Program-made: the position numbers and the translations under genes | Part shown: piece by piece, positions 8,856 through 18,011 of the stretch | Layout of the letters: each line of letters begins with the position of its first letter | How positions within the stretch are numbered: position 1 is the first letter of the stretch | From: Verrucomicrobiia bacterium | Lineage (GTDB): Bacteria; Pseudomonadota; Alphaproteobacteria; Dongiales; Dongiaceae | Assembly (NCBI GenBank): GCA_035544395.1 | Contig: DATKFM010000328.1 | Span: 1-51,499, forward strand | DNA length: 51,499 nucleotides | Direction: 5' to 3' | The notes under the pieces: model-generated | The model's input: only the letters and a program-made list of their open reading frames with translations | What the model was told of the DNA's origin: nothing | Databases searched by the model: none

Positions 8856-9715
8856 GCGGCCCCGTTCAGGCGATAGACGCGGATGGCATTGTCGCGGAAC
8901 AGCTTGCGCTTCTCCGCCGGCGTCGCCCCCGCCGTCACCCAATCGACGATCTCTACCCATTGCGGATAGCTGCCCGCCAGTTCGGAGACATGCCAGTCGC
9001 CGCCATACATCACGCGGTCGAAGCCGAAGGCCTCGATGCTATGGGCGACATAGGGTTTGAGCTGCTCCCGCGTCCATTTCTTGTGATCGGCTTCCGTGGT
9101 CACGCCGGAAATCTTGCAATCCACATTTGGCAGCGCCGCCAGTTCCTTCATATGCTGTCGCCAGGGATCGATCAGCCCGGCCTTGATGCCCGGCTTGCCG
9201 ATATGATCCAGCACGAACCGGACCTCGGGGCATTGCCGTACCATCTTCAGCACATTGGGCATGTGATGGTGGAAGACGCAGATATCAAACACCAGGTTGC
9301 GCGCCGCCAGCAGCTTCAGCCCGTCGATGAAGGCGGGACGAATGCAGAAATCGGGATCAGCCTGGTTCTGGATCAGGCGGCGGATGCCGCGCAGGCTCTT
9401 GTTGCGGCAAAGCTGATCCAGCTCCGGCTCGATCGCTTTGCCGCGCTCCAGGGGCAGCGCCGCCACCATGCCGGCCAGCCGCTTGTCCGCCCGCGCCAAC
9501 CCTTCGATCCAGGCCGCTTCGTCCAGATGCTGCGGGAAGTCCACATCGACCTCGACAAAGACGAACCGCTCGATCGCCACCGGCGCGGCCGCGCGTATCA
9601 GGTCATCGGGCAGCACCAGCCGCTTCAACTGCGGCGCATTCTTCGTCCAGCCATAGCCGAAGCGCGTGGGCTCCAGCAGATGCACATGGCTGTCGATAAT
9701 AGGAAAATCCGGCAT
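8852..9715 (-). CDS. Amidohydrolase-2 family hydrolase (lactonase-like)
   Basis: Lies in ORF 8852..9745. ATG 9715 is preceded by GGAGGGG. N-terminal IIDSHVHLL metal motif; later HHHMPNV, DHIGKP and GGDWHV. Confidence 0.85.
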   Translation of the reverse strand: MPDFPIIDSHVHLLEPTRFGYGWTKNAPQLKRLVLPDDLIRAAAPVAIERFVFVEVDVDFPQHLDEAAWIEGLARADKRLAGMVAALPLERGKAIEPELDQLCRNKSLRGIRRLIQNQADPDFCIRPAFIDGLKLLAARNLVFDICVFHHHMPNVLKMVRQCPEVRFVLDHIGKPGIKAGLIDPWRQHMKELAALPNVDCKISGVTTEADHKKWTREQLKPYVAHSIEAFGFDRVMYGGDWHVSELAGSYPQWVEIVDWVTAGATPAEKRKLFRDNAIRVYRLNGAA

Positions 9716-9895
9716 ACCCACCCCTCCCCACCATGAGGCGTTCAATCCAGCGGCGAATATTGGGCCAGCGAGGGCGTCGCAACAAGGCCGCGGGCGGCAC
9801 CGCGTTGGAGCTAGGTTTAAGTGCTACGGCTGCGACTTAGGTGTGGTTTCGGCATTCTTCACGCGACATTTCAATCCGCTTCATCTCCCGCCGCC

Positions 9896-11974
9896 CTATC
9901 CGGTATTCGCGGACCGGCGCGCGGTTTGGCCTTCCGCCGTGGGGATGCTGAAGTGAAATGTCGCGCCGCCGCCGGGGTTGTTCTCCGCCCAGATGCGACC
10001 GTGATGGGCGGCAATGATGGACTGCGCAATCGTCAGCCCGAGTCCCATGCCTTCTATGCCCGTGGTGAAGAACGGCTCGAACAGGCGCCGCAGATCGCCG
10101 GGAGGAATACCGTTGCCGCAATCCTCCACCGCGACGTCGATGCCGCCTATGCCATTCGCCTCCGTCCGGACTGACAGCTGGCGTGACCCGTGCGGATGGT
10201 CCTGCATCGCATCCATTGCGTTGACGATCAAGTTCAACAGGACTTGTTGCAGTTGCGTCCTGTCGCCGATCACCAGGGGAAGCCCGGGGGCAAGGTCGGT
10301 TCGGATTTGCACTTGCCGCTTCCGCGCATCGGCCGCCACGAACCGGCATACGTCGGACACCGCGACATTGAGGTCGAGCCGATGCATCTGCGGATTCCGC
10401 TTGCGCAGGAAATCCCGGATGCGGCCAATGACCTCATCCGCCCGCAGATCATCCTTGCGGATGTCGGCGATGATGTCGCGGATTTCGCCCAGGGGCGGGC
10501 GCGGCGAATTCAGCATCATCCGAGCGGCGTCGGCATTGCTAAGGATAGCGGCCAAAGGCTGCCGGACCTCATGGGCAATCGCCGCGCTCAACTGCCCGAG
10601 AACCACCAGGCGCTGGGCATGGGCGAGCTTCCGGTTGCTGTCTTCCGCTTGCTTGCGGTCGGTGATGTCAATCGCGGAGCCGATATAGCCGATGAAATCG
10701 CCATTCTGTGAATGACGCGGGACGCCCCGCTGCAGGACCCAATGATACTCGCCGTCATGGCGGCGCAACCGATACTCGATCTCGAACCGTTCCCGGGCCT
10801 CGAAGGCGGCAACGTAGACCTCGCGACAATGCGGCGCATCCTCCGGATGCACATTCTCCAGCCAACCCGCTTTGATTTCCTCATCCAACTTGCGTCCGGT
10901 GAACTCCAGCCAGCCCTGGTTGAAAAACTCGCAATGCTTGTTGTTGTCCAAAACCCAGAGCAGCACGGGGGCGGTGTTGGCCATGCTGCGAAAGCGGTCC
11001 TCGCTCTCGCGCAAGCGCCGCTCGACGCCCCATCTTTGTTCTGTGAGAGCTGCCACGAGATACAGCGGCGCCGATCTCCATAGCAAGAAATGCTGCAAGG
11101 CAAGCGCGGTGTCGCCGGGCGAGCGGCCGGAGAACGGCCCGCGGCCCACCAGCGCGGCTTCCACGGCAAAGAATGCAATGACCGTGACGGCCCCGGACGC
11201 GCCCACCATGCCAAATCGAATCGCTGCCCAGAACAGGAAGGGGACGGGCGCATAGAATCGCGATTCTGTGAAATCGACCGAGCTAGATTCCGTGTTGGTT
11301 GCCAGATATCCGCTCACGATCAATCCGGCCGCCAGCAAACCGCCTTCGACTAGCCGCCTGGAACTGCGCACTCGCAGATTTCCCTGCGCGCCAAATACCC
11401 AGTAGAGAATGGCCGGCGTGATGATGAGCTGGGCCAGCGCATCGCCGAGAAACCATTGCTGCCATGAAAGCCAGAAGTTGGGATCGAAAATGCTCCGCAC
11501 CGCGGCGCCGGCAAAGGCCCCAGCGGCCGGAACTGCAAGGACGGCGACAAGTAGGTATAGTGCGAACTCCCGCACGGTCTTGAGACGCAGCGGATTGTCG
11601 ATCAGCCAGCGCAGAGCCAGCGCCGTGACGATCCCCTTTGCAGAATCGATCGCGGATGTCGCCAACAGGAACCAGGCGGGAATGCCGGCCGCGACTTCGG
11701 AAAACAAGCGGATCGGCAGGATTGCCAAGATGAGGAGCCACCATCGCCGCGGCGGGCTCATCAAGAGAGCGCAGAGCAGAATTGAATCCGGAAACCAGAA
11801 CGGCGACGCGGCGGCCTGGCTGAACGACATGCCATAGCGGTAGGCGAAATAATAGGCCACGACGAAACCGCAGAACGCGGCGACCGCCCTTACCGGCCCC
11901 CGCTGAGCGATCAAATCCATGCCGCGCTGGAAAGCCCGATGACCGTCCCGGATGATTTCTCGACTGCCGTTCAT
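9896..11974 (-). CDS. Sensor histidine kinase (MASE1-like membrane domain, PAS, HisKA, HATPase)
   Basis: Lies in ORF 9896..12070, ATG at 11974. About 8 TM segments at the N-terminus, then a PAS region. H-box AIAHEVRQPLAAI; ATP-lid GMGLGLTIAQSII. No response regulator is adjacent. Confidence 0.9.
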   Translation of the reverse strand: MNGSREIIRDGHRAFQRGMDLIAQRGPVRAVAAFCGFVVAYYFAYRYGMSFSQAAASPFWFPDSILLCALLMSPPRRWWLLILAILPIRLFSEVAAGIPAWFLLATSAIDSAKGIVTALALRWLIDNPLRLKTVREFALYLLVAVLAVPAAGAFAGAAVRSIFDPNFWLSWQQWFLGDALAQLIITPAILYWVFGAQGNLRVRSSRRLVEGGLLAAGLIVSGYLATNTESSSVDFTESRFYAPVPFLFWAAIRFGMVGASGAVTVIAFFAVEAALVGRGPFSGRSPGDTALALQHFLLWRSAPLYLVAALTEQRWGVERRLRESEDRFRSMANTAPVLLWVLDNNKHCEFFNQGWLEFTGRKLDEEIKAGWLENVHPEDAPHCREVYVAAFEARERFEIEYRLRRHDGEYHWVLQRGVPRHSQNGDFIGYIGSAIDITDRKQAEDSNRKLAHAQRLVVLGQLSAAIAHEVRQPLAAILSNADAARMMLNSPRPPLGEIRDIIADIRKDDLRADEVIGRIRDFLRKRNPQMHRLDLNVAVSDVCRFVAADARKRQVQIRTDLAPGLPLVIGDRTQLQQVLLNLIVNAMDAMQDHPHGSRQLSVRTEANGIGGIDVAVEDCGNGIPPGDLRRLFEPFFTTGIEGMGLGLTIAQSIIAAHHGRIWAENNPGGGATFHFSIPTAEGQTARRSANTG

Positions 11975-12248
11975 GTCGAACAAACCACTGCTTAAGTGGC
12001 TTACGCCTGATGGCGCTCTTTGTACTTTGTCCCTGCAAACGCGCAGTTCTGATGCGCCGACAAAAGCCAACCATTCAACTTCAGGAAGATCCCTGTAGTT
12101 GCGCGAGAGCTAGGCTCGCGAATCTTCGCCTCATGGCGCTCAGAAACCACGGGTACAAGACCGGGCAGCACTTGCACCGGCCCGGAGACTATTGCATCGG
12201 GGTGGGCGAATCCAGAGTGGCATCCGAGGGGCCGAAAAACGGCCGGCG

Positions 12249-12294
12249 CTGTCATCCCGGAGACCCAAGAGAACGGGACCGACCGGGATGACAG
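12249..12294. repeat. REP-like hairpin with TGTCATCCCGG core, likely terminator of the methyltransferase gene
   Basis: CTGTCATCCCGG 12249-12260 is the exact reverse complement of CCGGGATGACAG 12283-12294, with a 22-nt loop. It starts 29 nt downstream of the minus-strand stop at 12323. Confidence 0.6.
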
Positions 12295-12322
12295 GCGATG
12301 GAAAGTGGCGTCGGCCGCCGAG

Positions 12323-13174
12323 TTACCGCCGCGTAATCACGACCTGAAGATATTCACTGGGAACCACCATCGATAGATCGCCCGAACGGTTGAACCTCTC
12401 TACCAGCGCCTTCAGGTCGCCCGATAGCGCCGCCTGGGCCCGCGGTTCCAGCGCCGCGAAGGCCTTGAGCGTCGGGCCATAGTAGGTCCGGAAGACCTCC
12501 AGCCAGTGATCCGCCGACCTGTAGCGAAACACGAAGTTCCGCGGCTCGGCCTTGATCGACGCGGCCTGGGACGCGAACAGCTCGGAGAGGCGCGGCACCG
12601 TACCCCACAAGGGCGGCGGCTTCACGCCGGCGGGCGGCGGCAAATGCTTGCCCATGGTCTTGAACATCTGGCCGATGAAGCCTTCCGGCGTCCAGTTGGC
12701 CAAGCCGATCTTGCCGCCGGGCTTGCACACCCGCAGCAGTTCGGCCGCCGCGCGCTCCTGGTTGGGCGTGAACATCACGCCGAAGGTGGAAGCGACGATA
12801 TCGAAGTGACTGTTCTCGAAAGGCAGCGCCTCTGCATCGGCCTCGCGGAAATCGATCTCGGCACCCTCGGCCGTCGCACGCGCGCGGCCGCGATCCAGCA
12901 ATGTCGGCACATAGTCGGTCGACACGACATCGCACCAGCGGCGCGCCGCCGCCAGCGAGAAATTGCCGTTGCCCGCGGCAACATCGAGCACCTTATGCCC
13001 GGAACGGATATCCAGCGCCTCGCACAGCTCCTCGCCGACGATCTGCAGCGTGGTCCCGACGATAGCGTAGTTGCCCGACGACCAGGCTCCCTGCTGCTTG
13101 GCCTTGATGGCGGCCAAATCGATTTGCGGAGCATCGCCTGGGGGAACGCCGGCTAAGGCTAGTTTCGCATTCAT
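12323..13174 (-). CDS. Class I SAM-dependent methyltransferase
   Basis: 283-aa ORF. SAM motif I VLDVAAGNGNFS. GAGGA precedes ATG 13174. Confidence 0.85.
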   Translation of the reverse strand: MNAKLALAGVPPGDAPQIDLAAIKAKQQGAWSSGNYAIVGTTLQIVGEELCEALDIRSGHKVLDVAAGNGNFSLAAARRWCDVVSTDYVPTLLDRGRARATAEGAEIDFREADAEALPFENSHFDIVASTFGVMFTPNQERAAAELLRVCKPGGKIGLANWTPEGFIGQMFKTMGKHLPPPAGVKPPPLWGTVPRLSELFASQAASIKAEPRNFVFRYRSADHWLEVFRTYYGPTLKAFAALEPRAQAALSGDLKALVERFNRSGDLSMVVPSEYLQVVITRR

Positions 13175-13359
13175 TTCGTTATCCTCATGTCGTGCTTGCC
13201 TGGAGGACGGCTCTGCGCCTCCAACGGGGGAGACACATGGTAGCGATCAGGCGTCACAAAGCCGTGCGCAAATCGTCAAAGAACTATCAAAACGACACTG
13301 CGCGCTCACGAAGCAGCGGATGCAAACCCAGCGGGCGCCTAATGGGTACGTCATAAGCT

Positions 13360-13379
13360 AATTGGACCTTGGTCCAATT
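13360..13379. promoter_or_regulatory. 20-bp palindrome AATTGGACC-TT-GGTCCAATT (operator candidate), copy 1
   Basis: 9-bp perfect arms, 159 nt upstream of the arylsulfatase ATG. A near-identical copy lies at 20301-20319. Confidence 0.5.
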
Positions 13380-13537
13380 GTGAACCGTACCCCGAGCGCC
13401 TATTGATGCTTCCATACTGTCGAACATGGGGCCAAAAGGCCGCGTGCCCGATATCGGTGTATTCAGCAGTACAAATCGGGTTGAATCACAGCAATCGCTC
13501 GCTCTAGGCGGTTCAACAGCTAGTCGGGAGGATTTCT

Positions 13538-15178
13538 ATGCGTAGTCAGCAATTTATCTGCGCTACGGCCGTGGTTGCCGCGGCAATTCTCCTGGCCGCG
13601 GTTCCCGCTTTCGCTCAGGACAAGCCGAACATTGTCCTCATCGTTTCCGATGATACCGGCTATGGCGACCTCGGTCCCTATGGCGGCGGCGAGGGACGTG
13701 GCATGCCAACCCCCAATATCGACCGCCTGGCCGATGAAGGCATGACGTTCTTCGACTTCTACGCCCAGCCAAGCTGCACACCCGGGCGGGCCGCCATGCA
13801 AACCGGCCGCATTCCGAACCGCAGCGGCATGACCACCGTGGCGTTCCAGGGTCAGGGCGGCGGCCTGCCGGCGGCGGAATGGACCTTGGCCTCGGTGTTG
13901 AAGACGGCGGGGTACCAAACCTTCTTTACCGGCAAGTGGCATCTTGGCGAGGCCGACTACGCCATGCCCACGGCGCAGGGCTATGACGAGATGCGATATG
14001 TCGGCCTCTATCACTTGAATGCCTATACCTACGCCGATCCGACCTGGTTCCCCGACATGGATCCGGAGCTTCGCGCCATGTTCGAAAAGGTGACCAAGGG
14101 CTCGCTGTCGGGCAAGGCCGGTGAAGCACCGAAAGAGGATTTCAAGATCAACGGACAATATGTCGATACGCCCGACAAGGGCGTGGTCGGCATCCCGTAT
14201 TTTGACGGCTACGTCGAAAAGGCGGCGCTGGACTATCTCGACCAGGTGGCGAAGTCCGACACGCCGTTCTTCTTGAACGTCAACTACATGAAGGTGCACC
14301 AGCCGAACATGCCGCACCCGGATTTCATCCATAAGTCCCTGTCGAAATCCAAGTACGCCGACTCCATTGTCGAGCTCGATGCCCATATTGGCGCCATCAT
14401 GGACAAGCTCCGGGCCCTTGGCCTCGACAAGAACACCTTCGTTTTCTACACGACCGACAACGGCGCCTGGCAGGATGTCTACCCCGACGCCGGCTACACG
14501 CCGTTCCGTGGCACCAAGGGAACGGTGCGTGAAGGCGGCAATCGCGTTCCAGCCATTGCCTGGTGGCCGGGCAAGATCGCTGCCAATAAGAAAAACCATG
14601 AGATCGTCGGTGGTCTCGATCTGATGGCGACCTTCGCCTCCGTTGCCGGCATCAAGCTGCCGGAGAACGATCGCGAGGGAAAGCCGATCTATTTCGACAG
14701 CATCGACATGTCGCCGGTCCTGTTCGGCACAGGCCCGTCGGCGCGCAAAAACTGGTTCTATTTCACTGAAAACGAGCTGACCCCCGGTGCGGCGCGCGTC
14801 GGCAACTACAAGGCCGTCTTCAATCTGCGCGGGGATGACGGGCAGGCGACGGGCGGCCTCGCAGTCGATTCGAATCAGGGCTGGAAAGGTCCGGAGAAGT
14901 ATGTCGCTACGGTGCCCCAGGTCTTCGACCTCTGGCAGGATCCCCAGGAGCGCTACGACATCTTCATGAACAACTACACGGAGCGTACCTGGACGTTGGT
15001 GACCATCAGCGCGGCAATCAAGGATCTTATGAAGACTTACGTGAAGTATCCGCCCCGCAAGCTGCAAAGCGAGGTCTACACCGGCCCCATCACCATTACG
15101 CAATACGAGCGGTTTCAGAGCATGCGGGAAATGCTGGAGAAAGAGGGTGTCAACATTCCGATGCCTTCCGGAAACTGA
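13538..15178 (+). CDS. Arylsulfatase (formylglycine-dependent sulfatase family), secreted
   Basis: GGGAGGA precedes ATG 13538. Signal peptide ...AVPAFA. Motifs SDDTGYGDLG and the SCTPGRAAMQTGR C-x-P-x-R signature. Confidence 0.9.
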   Translation: MRSQQFICATAVVAAAILLAAVPAFAQDKPNIVLIVSDDTGYGDLGPYGGGEGRGMPTPNIDRLADEGMTFFDFYAQPSCTPGRAAMQTGRIPNRSGMTTVAFQGQGGGLPAAEWTLASVLKTAGYQTFFTGKWHLGEADYAMPTAQGYDEMRYVGLYHLNAYTYADPTWFPDMDPELRAMFEKVTKGSLSGKAGEAPKEDFKINGQYVDTPDKGVVGIPYFDGYVEKAALDYLDQVAKSDTPFFLNVNYMKVHQPNMPHPDFIHKSLSKSKYADSIVELDAHIGAIMDKLRALGLDKNTFVFYTTDNGAWQDVYPDAGYTPFRGTKGTVREGGNRVPAIAWWPGKIAANKKNHEIVGGLDLMATFASVAGIKLPENDREGKPIYFDSIDMSPVLFGTGPSARKNWFYFTENELTPGAARVGNYKAVFNLRGDDGQATGGLAVDSNQGWKGPEKYVATVPQVFDLWQDPQERYDIFMNNYTERTWTLVTISAAIKDLMKTYVKYPPRKLQSEVYTGPITITQYERFQSMREMLEKEGVNIPMPSGN

Positions 15179-15185
15179 GTTCGGC

Positions 15186-15215
15186 CGCTGCTCCGGGGCA
15201 CACCTCGGAGCAGCG
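15186..15215 (+). terminator. Hairpin downstream of the arylsulfatase gene (weak T tract)
   Basis: CGCTGCTCCG 15186-15195 pairs with CGGAGCAGCG 15206-15215 around a 10-nt loop, followed by CTTCT. Starts 8 nt after the stop codon. Confidence 0.35.
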
Positions 15216-15278
15216 CTTCTAGCTACGGCAGCAACCTAGTTCCGCGAAGATAGGTGCTGAGATCGAAGGGGGCATCCG

Positions 15279-16277
15279 ATGAGCATGCTGTTGTCTTTCG
15301 CGCGCCACTTGGGCGCGGTTACGCTGGTTTTGCTTATCGGAGCGGCCGCTCAAGCGGCCGATCCCCTGCCGTCCTGGAACGAAGGCCCCGCGAAGCAGGC
15401 CATCATCGCGTTTGTCGAGGAGGTGACAAAGGAAGGCGGCACCGGATTCGTCGCGCCCCCCGAGCGAATTGCCACCTTCGACAATGACGGCACGCTCTGG
15501 AGCGAGCAGCCGATGTATTTCCAGCTCCTGTTCGCCATCGATCGCGTAAAGGCTCTGGCGCCGCAGCATCCGGAATGGAAGACGACGCAACCGTTCCAGG
15601 CCGTGTTGGAAGGCGACATGAAGGCGCTTGCGGCGGCAGGCGAGAAAGGCTTGCTCGAGCTGGTCATGGCGACCCATGCGGGCATGACGACCGAAGAGTT
15701 CGAAAAGATCGTTACGGACTGGGTGGGAACCGCGAAGCATCCGGTCAAAAAGCGGGGCTATACCGACCTCATCTATCAGCCGATGCTGGAGCTGCTGAAC
15801 TATCTGCGCGCCAACGAATTCAAGACCTACATCGTCTCGGGGGGCGGCATCGAGTTCATGCGGCCCTGGGTCGAGCGCGTTTACGGCATTCCCCCCGAGC
15901 AAGTGGTGGGCAGCAGCATCAAGCTGAAATACCAGATGGAGGGGAACACGCCGGTTCTAGTGCGACAGGCGGAGGTCGACTTCATCGACGACAAGGAAGG
16001 AAAGCCTGTGGGCATCCAGAAATTCATCGGGCGCCGGCCGATCGCCGCATTTGGAAATTCCGACGGTGACCTCCAGATGCTCCAATGGACGACAGCGGGA
16101 GACGGACCGCGGTTCGCGCTGATCGTCCACCACACCGACGGGACGCGTGAATGGGCCTATGACCGCAAATCCTCCATCGGCCATCTCGACAAGGCGCTGG
16201 ATGCGGCGGCCCAGGACGGCTGGACCGTCGTGGACATGAAGACGGATTGGAAAGTCATCTATCCCTTTGAGAAGTAA
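15279..16277 (+). CDS. HAD-superfamily hydrolase/phosphatase, exported
   Basis: Signal peptide ...GAAAQA. HAD motif I FDNDGTLW and motif IV GNSDGD. Confidence 0.75.
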   Translation: MSMLLSFARHLGAVTLVLLIGAAAQAADPLPSWNEGPAKQAIIAFVEEVTKEGGTGFVAPPERIATFDNDGTLWSEQPMYFQLLFAIDRVKALAPQHPEWKTTQPFQAVLEGDMKALAAAGEKGLLELVMATHAGMTTEEFEKIVTDWVGTAKHPVKKRGYTDLIYQPMLELLNYLRANEFKTYIVSGGGIEFMRPWVERVYGIPPEQVVGSSIKLKYQMEGNTPVLVRQAEVDFIDDKEGKPVGIQKFIGRRPIAAFGNSDGDLQMLQWTTAGDGPRFALIVHHTDGTREWAYDRKSSIGHLDKALDAAAQDGWTVVDMKTDWKVIYPFEK

Positions 16278-16341
16278 GGGGCGCCATCGGATCCCCGAAA
16301 CTATCGTTGCGGCGCCGGATGCATCCTGACAGCCTCAGGGA

Positions 16342-17988
16342 ATGAAGCGGACGATACATCGCCTTCTGGCCGCGGTGCTCCTTGCGGGGGCCGGTCTTGG
16401 GATCATGCCGTCGGCGTCGTCACAGGAAGCAGCACAGCCAGGTCATCCGTCTTCGCTGGAAATCGCCCCCGTCACCATCGACGGCACCTTCCTCTTTCAT
16501 CTCCGGGGCATTTCCGCCTATTCGGCCGCGGACCGCGCTCAGGTGGTCACGCAGCGCATCGTCAACATGGCAAGCAATCCGGCGATCTCACCGGAGATGA
16601 TCGCAGTTAAGGCGCTGCCGGACCGCTCCGACATTGTCGCAGGCAATACGCTGATCGTTTCGATTTTCGACGTCGATGCCGAATTGGAAGGCATCGATCG
16701 CCCTCTCCTTGCCGAAGCAGTCCTCCAGCAGGTCCGGGATGCTGTTGAGCAATATCGCCGGGATCGAAACCCCAAGAGCCTGGCCACCTATGCTGCCTAC
16801 GCATTCGCGATCACCATCGCCTTTGCGATCGCACTCGTTGTCTTTTTCCTGTTCATGCGATTTCTCAATCGCTTCGCCGCCGCGCGCCACCTGAAATACA
16901 TCGCTCCGTTGGAGGCCAAATCTTCGAGGATCGTGCGGGGCGACCAGGTTTGGAAGCTGCTTCGTACTGTTCTGTGGACCCTCTGGGTCATCATCTTTGT
17001 CATCCTGATCTACGCTTACTTGGAGTATTTGCTGGGGCTGTTCCCCTGGACGAGAGCGCTATCGATCCGGCTCTCCGGTCTCGTCAGCGACCGGCTGCTG
17101 ACCGTCGGCGTGGCAATTCTTGATGCGCTGCCGGATCTGCTCCTGATTGCGATCCTCGTGTTCATAACCCGGTATGTGTTGAAGATAACTCGCCTGTTCT
17201 TCGACGCCGTGAAGGAAGGCCATCTGGCGATCGCCCGGTTTCTTCCGGAATGGGCGGATCCGACCTACAAGATTGCCCGCTTGGTCATCGTGGCATTCGC
17301 GTTTGTGATTGCCTATCCGTATCTCCCTGGTTCCGGGACGGCGGCATTCCACGGCGTCTCGATCTTCCTTGGCGTCCTGCTGTCGCTCGGATCTTCATCG
17401 GTGATCTCGAATGTGATCGCCGGCCACACATTGGTCTATCGCCGGGCATTCCATGTCGGCGACATGGTGAAGATCCAGGATACGGTTGGTGAAATCATCG
17501 AGACCAGTCTCCTGGTGACGCGGGTGCGCACGCCAAAGAATGAATTCGTGGTCATCCCGAACTCGCTGATACTCAACAACCAGCTTTTAAACTACAGCGA
17601 ACTGGCCCGGAAGAATGGAGTGATCCTCAGCACCACAGTCGGAATCGGCTACGAAGTGCCCTGGCGGCAAACGGAAGCGATGCTGCTGTCGGCCGCGGAG
17701 CGCACCGCGGGAATCGCCCGCGAGCCGGCCCCGTTTGTCCATCAGCTATCGCTGGGAGATTTCGATATCAAATACGAACTGAATGTCCATTGCCTAGACG
17801 CCCATGCGATGCCCCATGTTCGCACGGCCCTTCACCGGAACATCCTCGACCTGTTCAATGAACATGGCGTGCAGATCATGACGCCGGCCTATGAAGGCGA
17901 TCCGGAAACGCCGAAAGTCGTGCCCCGCGAGAAATGGTTTGCTCCGCCGGCGCGGCCTTCCGACACGGGAGGGGACAGCGAGACGTGA
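16342..17988 (+). CDS. Mechanosensitive ion channel family protein (MscS-like)
   Basis: 548-aa ORF with signal peptide and several TM helices. Conserved MscS beta-domain VGDMVKIQDTVGEIIETSLLVTRVRTPKNEFVVIPNS. Confidence 0.85.
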   Translation: MKRTIHRLLAAVLLAGAGLGIMPSASSQEAAQPGHPSSLEIAPVTIDGTFLFHLRGISAYSAADRAQVVTQRIVNMASNPAISPEMIAVKALPDRSDIVAGNTLIVSIFDVDAELEGIDRPLLAEAVLQQVRDAVEQYRRDRNPKSLATYAAYAFAITIAFAIALVVFFLFMRFLNRFAAARHLKYIAPLEAKSSRIVRGDQVWKLLRTVLWTLWVIIFVILIYAYLEYLLGLFPWTRALSIRLSGLVSDRLLTVGVAILDALPDLLLIAILVFITRYVLKITRLFFDAVKEGHLAIARFLPEWADPTYKIARLVIVAFAFVIAYPYLPGSGTAAFHGVSIFLGVLLSLGSSSVISNVIAGHTLVYRRAFHVGDMVKIQDTVGEIIETSLLVTRVRTPKNEFVVIPNSLILNNQLLNYSELARKNGVILSTTVGIGYEVPWRQTEAMLLSAAERTAGIAREPAPFVHQLSLGDFDIKYELNVHCLDAHAMPHVRTALHRNILDLFNEHGVQIMTPAYEGDPETPKVVPREKWFAPPARPSDTGGDSET

Positions 17989-18011
17989 TGCCCCGGATCT
18001 AAATCCGGTGC

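Noticed and set aside
13520-15103. 527-aa antisense ORF opposite the arylsulfatase gene
   Set aside because: It is a shadow ORF with no motifs. The plus strand has a signal peptide, an SD and the sulfatase C-x-P-x-R signature.
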